Shown here: piece by piece, positions 56,746-64,000 of the stretch
Layout of the letters: each line of letters begins with the position of its first letter
Position numbering within the stretch: position 1 is the stretch's first letter
Source of the DNA: Candidatus Enterousia sp.
Lineage (GTDB): Bacteria; Pseudomonadota; Alphaproteobacteria; Rs-D84
Direction: 5' to 3'
Assembly: GCA_045546195.1 (NCBI GenBank)
Contig: JAZQCH010000001.1
Span: forward strand, 39,362 to 103,361
Length of the DNA stretch: 64,000 nucleotides
Translations under genes and position numbers: made by a program
The notes under the pieces: model-generated
Databases searched by the model: none
Seen by the model: only the letters and a program-made list of their open reading frames with translations
Told to the model about the DNA's origin: nothing

Positions 56746-57597
56746 ATGAACTATATCGACATATTCTTAGAGGCACTGTCCGCCGAACGTGGTCGCAGCA
56801 CCAAAACACTCAACAGTTATGAATCAGACCTGCGTCTGGCAAACGACGCTATTGCCGGTGGTCTGATATCTGCGAACGCGGACGCGGTTCAAAAATATCT
56901 GTCATCACTGCCGGACAAACCATCATCCATCGCGCGCAAGGCATCTGCCCTGCGTGGCTTTTATAAATTTTTAATGATGGAAAAAATCATATCGCACAAC
57001 CCGACTGCAAATCTAGAATTGCCCAAGCGAACACGCACACTGCCCAAATTTTTATCAATCGACGAAATCGAATTACTTATTTCCAGTGCTGGCGACATAA
57101 AAACATCCATCCGCCTGCGTGCGATGATTGAATTGTTGTATGCGTCTGGTCTGCGCGTATCCGAACTATGCGAATTACCAATGACGGGCGTACTGGGCGA
57201 CAAATTACTAATCCATGGCAAAGGTGCCAAAGAACGCCTGGTGCCAATGCACGACACAGCAATCCACGCGCTGAACAAATGGCTGGACGCACGCGGTGAA
57301 AACGAATCGAAATACGTTTTCCCATCCAACGGCAAAACCGGCCACATCACCCGCGACGGATTCTTCAAGATTTTAAAGAAATGTGCCGTCTTGGCGGGCA
57401 TTGCGCCCGAACGGGTCAGTCCACACGTCCTGCGTCATTCGTTCGCATCACATCTGTTGGCGGGTGGCGCGAACCTGCGCGCGATACAAACAATGCTGGG
57501 GCACGAAGATATTTCCACCACCCAGATTTACACACATGTCATGCCGGAAAAATTATGTGAAACGATTGAAACTCATCACCCCCTGGCAAAACAGTAA
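56746..57597 (+). CDS. Tyrosine recombinase of the XerC/XerD family (chromosome dimer resolution)
   Basis: C-terminal catalytic box HVLRHSFASHLL...LGHEDISTTQIYTHV (R-H-R-Y tetrad). Confidence 0.8.
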   Translation: MNYIDIFLEALSAERGRSTKTLNSYESDLRLANDAIAGGLISANADAVQKYLSSLPDKPSSIARKASALRGFYKFLMMEKIISHNPTANLELPKRTRTLPKFLSIDEIELLISSAGDIKTSIRLRAMIELLYASGLRVSELCELPMTGVLGDKLLIHGKGAKERLVPMHDTAIHALNKWLDARGENESKYVFPSNGKTGHITRDGFFKILKKCAVLAGIAPERVSPHVLRHSFASHLLAGGANLRAIQTMLGHEDISTTQIYTHVMPEKLCETIETHHPLAKQ

Positions 57598-57609
57598 AAG
57601 GTATAAAAA

Positions 57610-58113
57610 ATGATAAAAAAATGTGACAAACCAGGCTGCACCAAGGCCGGCACATGCCGCGCCCCAAAATCACGCGATTTGCGTGAATATTGGTTTTTCT
57701 GCCAAGAACACGCCGCCGAATACAATAAAAACTGGAATTATTACGCGGACATGACCCCCGATGAAATCGAGGCCGACTGGGAACGTCAAACATTTGGCAC
57801 CGCACTAAAAGACAAAGAAACCGCCCGCGCCGACGCATCGGACTATGCTAAATTCATCAACGATTTTATAACCGGCCGTGGCAAGTTCGACAAAATGCCC
57901 GCACGCAACAAATTACCAACCAATGTCGTATCGGCACTGCGCGTATTTGACCTGGGGATATCGGCAACATGGCGCGAAGTCGGCATAAAATACCGCACAC
58001 TGGCAAAAAAATACCACCCCGACACGGCAACCGACAAAAAAAATGCGGCCACCGAATTTGCGCGCATTTCCGCCGCCTATGAAATATTGAAAAAACATTT
58101 CGGCAAAAAGTAA
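57610..58113 (+). CDS. J-domain protein with an N-terminal Cys-rich zinc-ribbon-like segment
   Basis: C-terminal J domain with the HPD motif (LAKKYHPDTATD); N-terminal CDKPGC...C......C..H. Confidence 0.65.
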   Translation: MIKKCDKPGCTKAGTCRAPKSRDLREYWFFCQEHAAEYNKNWNYYADMTPDEIEADWERQTFGTALKDKETARADASDYAKFINDFITGRGKFDKMPARNKLPTNVVSALRVFDLGISATWREVGIKYRTLAKKYHPDTATDKKNAATEFARISAAYEILKKHFGKK

Positions 58114-58165
58114 GTTGCGCTGAATACTTTCCTAATACTATAATATCCAACGATTGGGGGATATT

Positions 58166-59170
58166 ATGGATAAAATTGACATAGTCTATTTATGGGTTGA
58201 CGGTTCCGATAAAAAATGGCTTGCGCAAAAAGAAAAGTGGGCGGCAAAAATCAACGGCGAACAAATAACCAAAACGCGTGTTGCCGCGGTCGAACGATTT
58301 CGCGATAACGGCGAATTAAAATATTCCCTGCGTTCATTGGCTAAAAACGTTCCATGGGTAAATCATATTTACATTGTCACCGGCTTTAATCAGGTGCCAA
58401 AATGGCTGAACACGCGTCACCCAAAAATTACGATTGTCCCACACGAATCGATATTTCCACATGACGCCCTGCCAACATTTAATTCAACTGCGATTGAAAT
58501 GTGTATTCCAAACATTTCTAAACTGTCTGAACATTTTCTGTTAATGAACGATGACATATTTTTCAACAGACCCCTGTCGCCATCATTTTTCTTTGATGCC
58601 AATGGGCGCGCTAAAAACATCTATACCTATCGTAAAACACGGTATAAAAATTTGGATAAACTGCTAAAAAAATCGAACACCTATCGTTCTACAATATTGC
58701 TCAGCGCGAAAAAGATTCACGAACTTTATGGTCGGGATTTATATTCTTGTTCCCCATCCCACGGCATTGACCCATATATAAAATCAGTCTGGATAAAATT
58801 CCGGCGCAGCCCAAAAATCCGAAATTCAATCGACAAACAAATTTATAACAAATTCCGCACAAACTGGGAATTTCAGCGTTGGCTGTTCACCCTGAATCAA
58901 TATGTACACGGCCACGCAACATTTCGCCGCGCCCATCCACACAAAAGCGGCCGCAACATAATCCTGGACGCAATCTATAACGCGACGCACTTTATTTCGA
59001 CCCGCCGTTCACCATACATATGTCCATGCGTATTGGGGCACGAACGGTCATTACGCGTGGCGCCAATATTCTGTATTAACGATTCTGGCACAAACACACC
59101 CGAAATGTTGCGTGCCAACGCAGAATACCTGGCGAACAGATTCCCGACAAAATCAGAATTTGAAAAATAG
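58166..59170 (+). CDS. Stealth-family hexose-1-phosphoryl transferase, copy 2
   Basis: ATG at 58166 (the ORF-track start at 58154 is TTG); CR1 IDIVYLWVDGSD; CR2 LRSLAKNVPWVNHIYIVTGFNQVPKWL; CR3 EHFLLMNDDIFF; CR4 SHGIDPY. Confidence 0.75.
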   Translation: MDKIDIVYLWVDGSDKKWLAQKEKWAAKINGEQITKTRVAAVERFRDNGELKYSLRSLAKNVPWVNHIYIVTGFNQVPKWLNTRHPKITIVPHESIFPHDALPTFNSTAIEMCIPNISKLSEHFLLMNDDIFFNRPLSPSFFFDANGRAKNIYTYRKTRYKNLDKLLKKSNTYRSTILLSAKKIHELYGRDLYSCSPSHGIDPYIKSVWIKFRRSPKIRNSIDKQIYNKFRTNWEFQRWLFTLNQYVHGHATFRRAHPHKSGRNIILDAIYNATHFISTRRSPYICPCVLGHERSLRVAPIFCINDSGTNTPEMLRANAEYLANRFPTKSEFEK

Positions 59171-59247
59171 ACTATTCGGAATTCATACCTGATGACACAC
59201 CGCTGCGATTTATATACCATATAAATCACCAGAGGAGAGTCCACATC

Positions 59248-59757
59248 ATGTTACTAAAATCAAAAATTTGCTTCACTTCAATCGTAATCTACGAAATCAT
59301 CGCTGTATCGTTTCTACATTTTCAGCGTCTTTGCGATTCCATATTTTCGTCTGGTTTTTGTGCCAGTTGGTATCGCTATTTTCTGTTTTGCGTTGTTATT
59401 CCACTAATCGCATTATTGATATGGATGTGGATACGCGAAATAATCCGCGTTCGTCGCCGTCACCGTTTTATCCGTCGCGCGAAAAATGCCGCATCCGGCA
59501 TTATATCCAGCATCCGCGGCCGCGTATCTGACAGTATCAGTTCCGCAGACCTAGAAAAAATCATAACCGCTGCGGTTTTAGTTGGCATCAAACAATACGC
59601 CGACCGTCACCCTAACCTGCGCAAAAATGTGAACAATATTATGGGGCTGGCAAATGGCGAAATCGACATTGATTTAATGTCCACTGACGACGAAACGCCG
59701 AAAAAACAAACGCGCACCAAAGTTCAAAAAAATACGAAGCGTAAACGCACTAAATAA
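59248..59757 (+). CDS. Hypothetical membrane protein with two or three TM helices and a Lys/Arg-rich C-terminus
   Basis: Strong SD gaggagag before the ATG; hydrophobic segments IVIYEIIAVSFL and FLFCVVIPLIALLIWMWI. Confidence 0.5.
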   Translation: MLLKSKICFTSIVIYEIIAVSFLHFQRLCDSIFSSGFCASWYRYFLFCVVIPLIALLIWMWIREIIRVRRRHRFIRRAKNAASGIISSIRGRVSDSISSADLEKIITAAVLVGIKQYADRHPNLRKNVNNIMGLANGEIDIDLMSTDDETPKKQTRTKVQKNTKRKRTK

Positions 59758-59763
59758 AAAACA

Positions 59764-59866
59764 AATTCCCCGACCATCGGGGAAAAATTATAAAAGCAAT
59801 ATCGCATAAATTAAATAAATTAAAGAACTTTCAAAAACAATTCCCCTAGCATCGGGAAAAAAAATT
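59764..59866. repeat. Two tandem terminator-like hairpins (ttccccgaccatcggggaa and ttcccctagcatcgggaa), each followed by an A/T run
   Basis: Two similar inverted repeats ~75 bp apart, downstream of the plus-strand gene ending at 59757. Confidence 0.5.
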
Positions 59867-59969
59867 AAAGATAATGGTATAGATGCGCGCGAACCCGCAA
59901 CCGTAGTGTACAAATTGCTACATGAGGTTGCGGGTTCACGATGCAGATATGCCATTAGATTTAATTTTT
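59862..59969. repeat. Nested-palindrome repeat element, copy B. The outer arms aaagataatggtatagat and agatatgccatta and the centre gtagtgtacaaattgctacatgag are conserved. The inner stem gaacccgcaacc / ggttgcgggttc differs from copy A but stays complementary.
   Basis: Direct alignment to 26253-26361; the right arm overlaps the trxB stop codon. Confidence 0.75.
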
Positions 59970-60860
59970 GTTCAGGTACAGTATGGCGTCCATAGCCGCA
60001 CTGCATCCCGTCCCCACAGCCGTCGCAATCTGCATTTTCAAATCACTGTGAACATCCCCGGCAACATACATACCGGCGGGCAACGCATCTGGGCTCAGGC
60101 GTCCCAACGCATCGCGCTTGACATCTTCGGTCAAGTAATCTGTATTTGCCTCGTGCCCGATGGCGACGAACAAGCCATCGGCAACAATTTCCGCACCATC
60201 GGTTGTTGTGATAATCAATTCACCATCTGCGGAATCCGGCTTTGCCGCGATTTTTGCCAAATCTGTATTAAACAGGCATTCTATATTGTCACGCGCCTCA
60301 ACCCGTTCGCGCAGAACCGCCTCGGCCCGTGTAAAGGCAGATTTACGATACACAATCTTAACTGTCTTGGCCAAATCCGCCAAATACAGTGCATCGTTCA
60401 ACGCACTGTTACCGCCCCCCATAACAACGACGGTTTTTCCACTGTAAAAGAATCCATCACATGTTGCGCAATACGACACACCGCGCCCCATAAATTCACG
60501 CGCACCCTCGATTTCCAACTTACGCGGACTGGCCCCTGTGGCGATGATAATGGTTTTACCAACATATTCCGCACCATTATCACATACAACCTTATACCCA
60601 GATTCCGCATCACCTGTAATATTCTTTGCGGAAACAAATTCAACCACTGCCCCAAATGTTTCGCACTGTTTTTTCATAAATTCCGCCAGTTCAAACCCAG
60701 ACCCGGCCCACCCCGGATAATTTTCCAGTGTTGCGATACCCGCCATCTGGCCGCCCAGTCTGTCACCACCCAAAACAATGGTCTTTTTATTTGCGCGCGC
60801 CGTGTACAACGCCGCCGTCAAACCCGCTGGTCCCGACCCCAAAATAATAACATCATACAT
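59961..60860 (-). CDS. trxB: Thioredoxin reductase
   Basis: Start MYDVIILGSGPAG with SD gaaggaagg; redox-active CATC; NADPH GGGNSA motif. Confidence 0.9.
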   Translation of the reverse strand: MYDVIILGSGPAGLTAALYTARANKKTIVLGGDRLGGQMAGIATLENYPGWAGSGFELAEFMKKQCETFGAVVEFVSAKNITGDAESGYKVVCDNGAEYVGKTIIIATGASPRKLEIEGAREFMGRGVSYCATCDGFFYSGKTVVVMGGGNSALNDALYLADLAKTVKIVYRKSAFTRAEAVLRERVEARDNIECLFNTDLAKIAAKPDSADGELIITTTDGAEIVADGLFVAIGHEANTDYLTEDVKRDALGRLSPDALPAGMYVAGDVHSDLKMQIATAVGTGCSAAMDAILYLNKN

Positions 60861-61116
60861 AATAAGAACCTTCCTTCTGTAATCTTCGCGACACAGATTA
60901 CAAAACAAATGCCACCAACGCAAACGAATTTATTGCGTCCCCACAAAAAAAGATTTATAATTAAGATGATATGAAATCCAGTTTAGTATTTTTCTCGTTT
61001 TCATCGTCATCCCCGTTGGGGGAATAATTTAGCACACACTTTTTTTGATTTTGTAATTGCGAAACCGTTCGCACCATAATAACATATATCCCAAAGATAA
61101 ATCGAAGGAACAAAAA

Positions 61117-62394
61117 ATGTTGGATATAAAATTTATTCGTGAAAACCCAGAAACCGTTAAAAACGCCTGCCGCGTCAAAGGCATGACAGATTACACCGAC
61201 GAAATCCTGGCATTAGACGCACGCGTTCGTGAACTGAAAACAATCACCCAGGCAAAAACCGCCGAAAAAAATAAAATCACACGCGAAATTCCAACCGCAA
61301 CCGACCGCGCACCGTTAATCGCGCGCAGCAAAGAAATCGCGAACGAAATCGCAGCTGATATGGCGGAACTTGCCGACAAAGAATCCCAGTTAAACGATTT
61401 ATTACACCGCGTTCCACAAATTCCGTCAAACGACGCACCAATTGGTCGCGACGACACAGAAAACGTGGAAATCAAACGGGTTGGCACGCCACGCGAATTT
61501 GACTTTACCCCACGTCCACAATGGGAACTGTTGGAAATGAACGGCTGGTGGAAGCCTGAAAAAATCGCATCAATATGCGGCACCCGCACATATGCCCTGT
61601 TTGGCGAAGCGGCGGAACTGGAACTGGCCATCCAAACATACGTTCTACAAAAACTTATGGCGCGCGGATTCACATTTGTGAACTGCCCATCAATTACAAA
61701 ACCCCAGACCATCTTTAACGCTGGTCACTTTATGGGCTCAGACCTGTCTGTCATGAACAACGATGTATTTATGTTAACCGACACCGATCGTTGTCTGGCG
61801 GGAACGGCTGAAATCATCTTAAATTCACTGCACAGTGACGAAGTTTTAAATGAAAAAGATTTACCAATTAAATACGCGGGCTTTTCGCCATGTTTCCGCA
61901 AAGAAGCCGGTGCCGCCGGTCGTGACACCCGCGGAATCGTGCGCATACACCAGTTTAACAAGGTTGAACAGTATATTTACTGTACCCCTGAACAGTCTGA
62001 CGAAATGCACGAACATTTACTAAACAACCTGTGCGAAGTAATGGATGATTTGGAATTACCATACCGTGTAATTGCGGCCTGTACCGGCGACATGGGATTC
62101 AACAAGGTCAAAATGCACGATGTCGAAGCCTGGTTCCCCAGCGAAGGTACATATCGCGAACTGGGTTCATGTTCATCGATTGGCACGTTCCAGGCCCGTC
62201 GCACAAACACGCGCTATCGCGCATCGGACGGTTCTTTACAATTCTGTGCAACCTTGAATAACACAGGCATCGCCCTGCCACGCGCGATTGTACCGGTAAT
62301 TGAAAACCACCAAAACCCAGATGGCTCGGTCAATATTCCAAAAAAACTACAACCGCTGATGGGTGGCCGTACAAAAATCGGTGGCAAACACTAA
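61117..62394 (+). CDS. serS: Serine--tRNA ligase
   Basis: N-terminal coiled coil, class II motifs (FRKEAGAAGRDTRGI, GLA), 425 aa from the ATG at 61117. Confidence 0.9.
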   Translation: MLDIKFIRENPETVKNACRVKGMTDYTDEILALDARVRELKTITQAKTAEKNKITREIPTATDRAPLIARSKEIANEIAADMAELADKESQLNDLLHRVPQIPSNDAPIGRDDTENVEIKRVGTPREFDFTPRPQWELLEMNGWWKPEKIASICGTRTYALFGEAAELELAIQTYVLQKLMARGFTFVNCPSITKPQTIFNAGHFMGSDLSVMNNDVFMLTDTDRCLAGTAEIILNSLHSDEVLNEKDLPIKYAGFSPCFRKEAGAAGRDTRGIVRIHQFNKVEQYIYCTPEQSDEMHEHLLNNLCEVMDDLELPYRVIAACTGDMGFNKVKMHDVEAWFPSEGTYRELGSCSSIGTFQARRTNTRYRASDGSLQFCATLNNTGIALPRAIVPVIENHQNPDGSVNIPKKLQPLMGGRTKIGGKH

Positions 62395-62402
62395 CACAAA
62401 TC

Positions 62403-62433
62403 AAAAAATCCCGCAATCGCGGGATTTTTTTTA
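62403..62433 (+). terminator. Terminator reading on both strands (aatcccgcaatcgcgggatt plus T-run) between serS and tatA
   Basis: Inverted repeat 62407-62426 flanked by a6 and t8. Confidence 0.65.
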
Positions 62434-62661
62434 TTATTTCTTTTTCTTGGGCGTCGCTTTTTTCACTGGCACTTTTCCTGTCGCCGTTTTTTTCTGCGAC
62501 TTCTCTTCTTGCTTTGGCGCGGTCTTTTTCAGTTCCTTTTTGAACACATTCAAACCATCTGCCAAATTTTTCATCATACCGGGAATCTTGGCGTGTCCAA
62601 ACAAGATAACCACCAACACAACGATAACCAGAATCTCGGCCCAGCCCAAACGTCCAAACAT
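62434..62661 (-). CDS. tatA: Twin-arginine translocase subunit TatA/TatE
   Basis: MFGRLGWAEILVIVVLVVILFG TM helix plus amphipathic helix and a Lys-rich tail, 75 aa. Confidence 0.75.
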   Translation of the reverse strand: MFGRLGWAEILVIVVLVVILFGHAKIPGMMKNLADGLNVFKKELKKTAPKQEEKSQKKTATGKVPVKKATPKKKK

Positions 62662-62681
62662 ATTCCTATCTCCTATCTATA

Positions 62682-63476
62682 TTATTTCGCTACATAGCAA
62701 TCCAGTCCATCAGACTTGGCATTACGACAGAATCCGTTCGCATCTGACGCAGTCTTGAACGCAACGCGTAAACGATATGTTGTTTTACCATCCTTTAACT
62801 GCGCCGCCAAGATTACAAACTGCTGTCCATCAAACAAACTCTTGTGTGCGTTCTGAATCTGACGCTGTGCGCTTTCTGCCAATGCGCGTGTGCTGTACGA
62901 ACCAAACTGAACATACCACGCCCCCGCGACTGGCTTTGCCGCTGGTTTCGCAACCGGTGCCTTAGCGACTGGTTTTGCGGCTGCCTTGGCGGCTGGCTTT
63001 GCGGCTGGCGCCTTGGCCGGCGCTGCAACTGGTTTTGGCTGTGCCACAACAACAGGCTTGCTTTCCACAGGTGCCGCTGATGCTGGATTAAACGTCACTT
63101 CTTTTCGTTCTTCTACGACACGAACCGGCACACCCGCCGTCGCGACAACAGGCTGTGCGACCGGCTGTGGTTGTACCTGAACCGGCTGTGGTTGCGCCTG
63201 AACAGGTTGCGCCGGCGGCATAACATTCATATCAGCCGGTGTCCCTGCGTCCACGACCACCGGTGCATCTAAATCAACCTCTATCGAAGACGAAGATTCA
63301 TCACCAATCGCACGAATAATGACATATGTTGCCAACACAATAACAACCAACCCCACACTTAACAACAGCCACGGTTTTTTTGGACGTGGCGCTGCAAATG
63401 GTGTTGCATCTGGCAGTGTATCCATCGCACCATTATCGTCTAAATCTAATAAATCCAAGTTGTTATCATCGTTCAT
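62682..63476 (-). CDS. SPOR-domain cell-division / peptidoglycan-binding protein with a single TM and a Pro/Ala/Lys-rich linker
   Basis: C-terminal SPOR fold signature (WYVQFGSYSTRALAE...YRLRVAF); low-complexity AKPAAKAAAKPVAKAPVAKP. Confidence 0.7.
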   Translation of the reverse strand: MNDDNNLDLLDLDDNGAMDTLPDATPFAAPRPKKPWLLLSVGLVVIVLATYVIIRAIGDESSSSIEVDLDAPVVVDAGTPADMNVMPPAQPVQAQPQPVQVQPQPVAQPVVATAGVPVRVVEERKEVTFNPASAAPVESKPVVVAQPKPVAAPAKAPAAKPAAKAAAKPVAKAPVAKPAAKPVAGAWYVQFGSYSTRALAESAQRQIQNAHKSLFDGQQFVILAAQLKDGKTTYRLRVAFKTASDANGFCRNAKSDGLDCYVAK

Positions 63477-63510
63477 GATAAAATCCCCCTCTTATTCATT
63501 ACGAATATTA

Positions 63511-63519
63511 TATCATAAA
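63511..63519 (-). promoter_or_regulatory. Candidate extended -10 promoter (TGATATAAT on the minus strand) for the SPOR gene
   Basis: The minus-strand reading atgatataatattcg lies ~35 nt upstream of the ATG at 63476; SD agggggat. Confidence 0.35.
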
Positions 63520-63546
63520 AAAAGCCAAAGACAAAATGCTTTGGCA
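63514..63546 (-). terminator. Terminator hairpin gccaaagcattttgtctttggc plus U7 on the minus strand, downstream of the small lipoprotein gene
   Basis: Inverted repeat 63525-63546; the minus-strand reading is followed by ttttttt. Confidence 0.5.
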
Positions 63547-63553
63547 TAAAAAT

Positions 63554-63694
63554 TTACTTTGGCATATTTCCAAAATTTGGTGGCACGATTAACTTCTGAT
63601 TTTGTTCTACAATCGGCTCTACCTCGCACTTATTTGTGCATCCGGCCACCACGCATGGCAACGCGACCAACGCGACTAAAAATAACTTCTTCAT
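63554..63694 (-). CDS. Small lipoprotein (46 aa), absent from the ORF track because it is under 60 aa
   Basis: SD aagggggaatatATG; MKKLFLVALVALPCVVAGCTNKCEVEPIVEQNQKLIVPPNFGNMPK has a signal peptide and lipobox VAGC; its own downstream terminator. Confidence 0.45.
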   Translation of the reverse strand: MKKLFLVALVALPCVVAGCTNKCEVEPIVEQNQKLIVPPNFGNMPK

Positions 63695-63720
63695 ATATTC
63701 CCCCTTTTTCTTTATAAATA

Positions 63721-63745
63721 TCTGGGTGCGTCATCCGCACCCAGA
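63721..63745 (-). terminator. Perfect 10-bp-arm palindrome tctgggtgcg/cgcacccaga just after the thrS stop. It is a weak terminator or attenuator.
   Basis: Inverted repeat seen in the sequence; only a modest U-run on the minus strand. Confidence 0.3.
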
Positions 63746-63751
63746 ATTATT

Positions 63752-64000
63752 TTACAACGGCATCTTAACACTATCCTTCATCATTTCGACGAACGCGTCC
63801 AGTGACATTGATTCCTGTTTTTCAACCCCCAGGCGACGCAGTGTGACATTTCTGTCTGCCATTTCTTTTTCGCCGACAACCGCGATGATTGGCGTTTTTG
63901 CCAACGACAATTCACGGATTTTATAGTTCACTTTTTCATCTCTCAAATCCGCACGCGCGTTCACACCGGCATTACGCAGCATTTCAACAACTTCGTTCGC
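63752..64000 (-). CDS. thrS: Threonine--tRNA ligase, C-terminal anticodon-binding domain only. The gene continues beyond the window end.
   Basis: ...ADLRDEKVNYKIRELSLAKTPIIAVVGEKEMADRNVTLRRLG... matches the ThrRS C-terminus (NYKIRE motif); stop at 63752. Confidence 0.7.
   Translation of the reverse strand, partial: ANEVVEMLRNAGVNARADLRDEKVNYKIRELSLAKTPIIAVVGEKEMADRNVTLRRLGVEKQESMSLDAFVEMMKDSVKMPL

Noticed and set aside
60924-61116. Long (~190 nt) 5' region of serS with small hairpins
   Set aside because: I looked for T-box features (specifier loop, T-box sequence) and found none. It is probably a shared divergent promoter region for trxB and serS. Left as unannotated regulatory space.
62986-63180. 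Repetitive GC-rich DNA inside the SPOR gene that could be mistaken for a repeat array
   Set aside because: It encodes the Pro/Ala/Lys low-complexity linker of one continuous ORF. There is no spacer-repeat periodicity and it is not CRISPR-like.
1-64000. Search for CRISPR arrays, integrases, transposases and phage structural genes
   Set aside because: I found no regularly spaced direct repeats and no recognisable mobile-element ORFs. The only recombinase is a housekeeping XerC/D-type enzyme, and the tRNA-Lys locus shows no adjacent integrase.

Overview
This window looks like a low-GC alphaproteobacterial chromosome segment, possibly from a reduced or host-associated lineage, read from sequence alone. 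The lineage call rests on the MucR/Ros regulator, the SPOR division protein and the DksA variant without its Cys4 zinc finger. Most of it is densely packed housekeeping genes, many on the minus strand. These include tRNA-Lys, tatB-tatC, lolA-like, nrnA-like, recJ, ftsL-ftsI, a minimal Fe-S module (cysteine desulfurase-DUF59-SufE), trxA, dksA, gltX, trmB, rarA, fabD, ftsK, bipA, recA, ctp, secDF-yajC, mutL, greA, lptF/G-like, xerC/D-like, trxB, serS, tatA, a SPOR protein and the 3' end of thrS. Almost every transcription unit ends in a short GC hairpin followed by a T-run that reads as a terminator on both strands. The accessory content is: (1) a surface-polysaccharide locus split in two, with the dTDP-rhamnose genes rmlA-C-D-B and two outer-membrane beta-barrels at 26.3-31.8 kb, and an RgpF-like, Stealth (hexose-1-phosphate transferase), GT2 x2 and Caps_synth cluster at 40.2-45.7 kb, plus a second near-identical Stealth paralog at 58.2 kb; (2) an orphan minus-strand operon for two Cys-rich, Gln/Ser-rich secreted proteins (32.4-35.1 kb), driven from a promoter sitting inside a nested palindrome; (3) a translationally coupled four-gene plus-strand operon of unknown function (17.5-19.5 kb) that includes a SUKH/SMI1-KNR4-like protein and a small ribbon-helix-helix protein; (4) an in-frame YbeY-Lnt fusion ORF; (5) a MucR-like regulator missing its zinc ligands, translationally coupled to a 640-aa membrane-anchored GH24 lysozyme-like protein with TPR repeats; (6) a ~100-bp nested-palindrome repeat family present in two copies, with conserved outer arms and centre and covarying inner stems, each copy abutting the stop of a minus-strand gene. 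No CRISPR array, integrase or transposase is recognisable. One 1-nt disagreement between the printed text and the ORF track near 35.04 kb means coordinates there are approximate to +/-1 nt.
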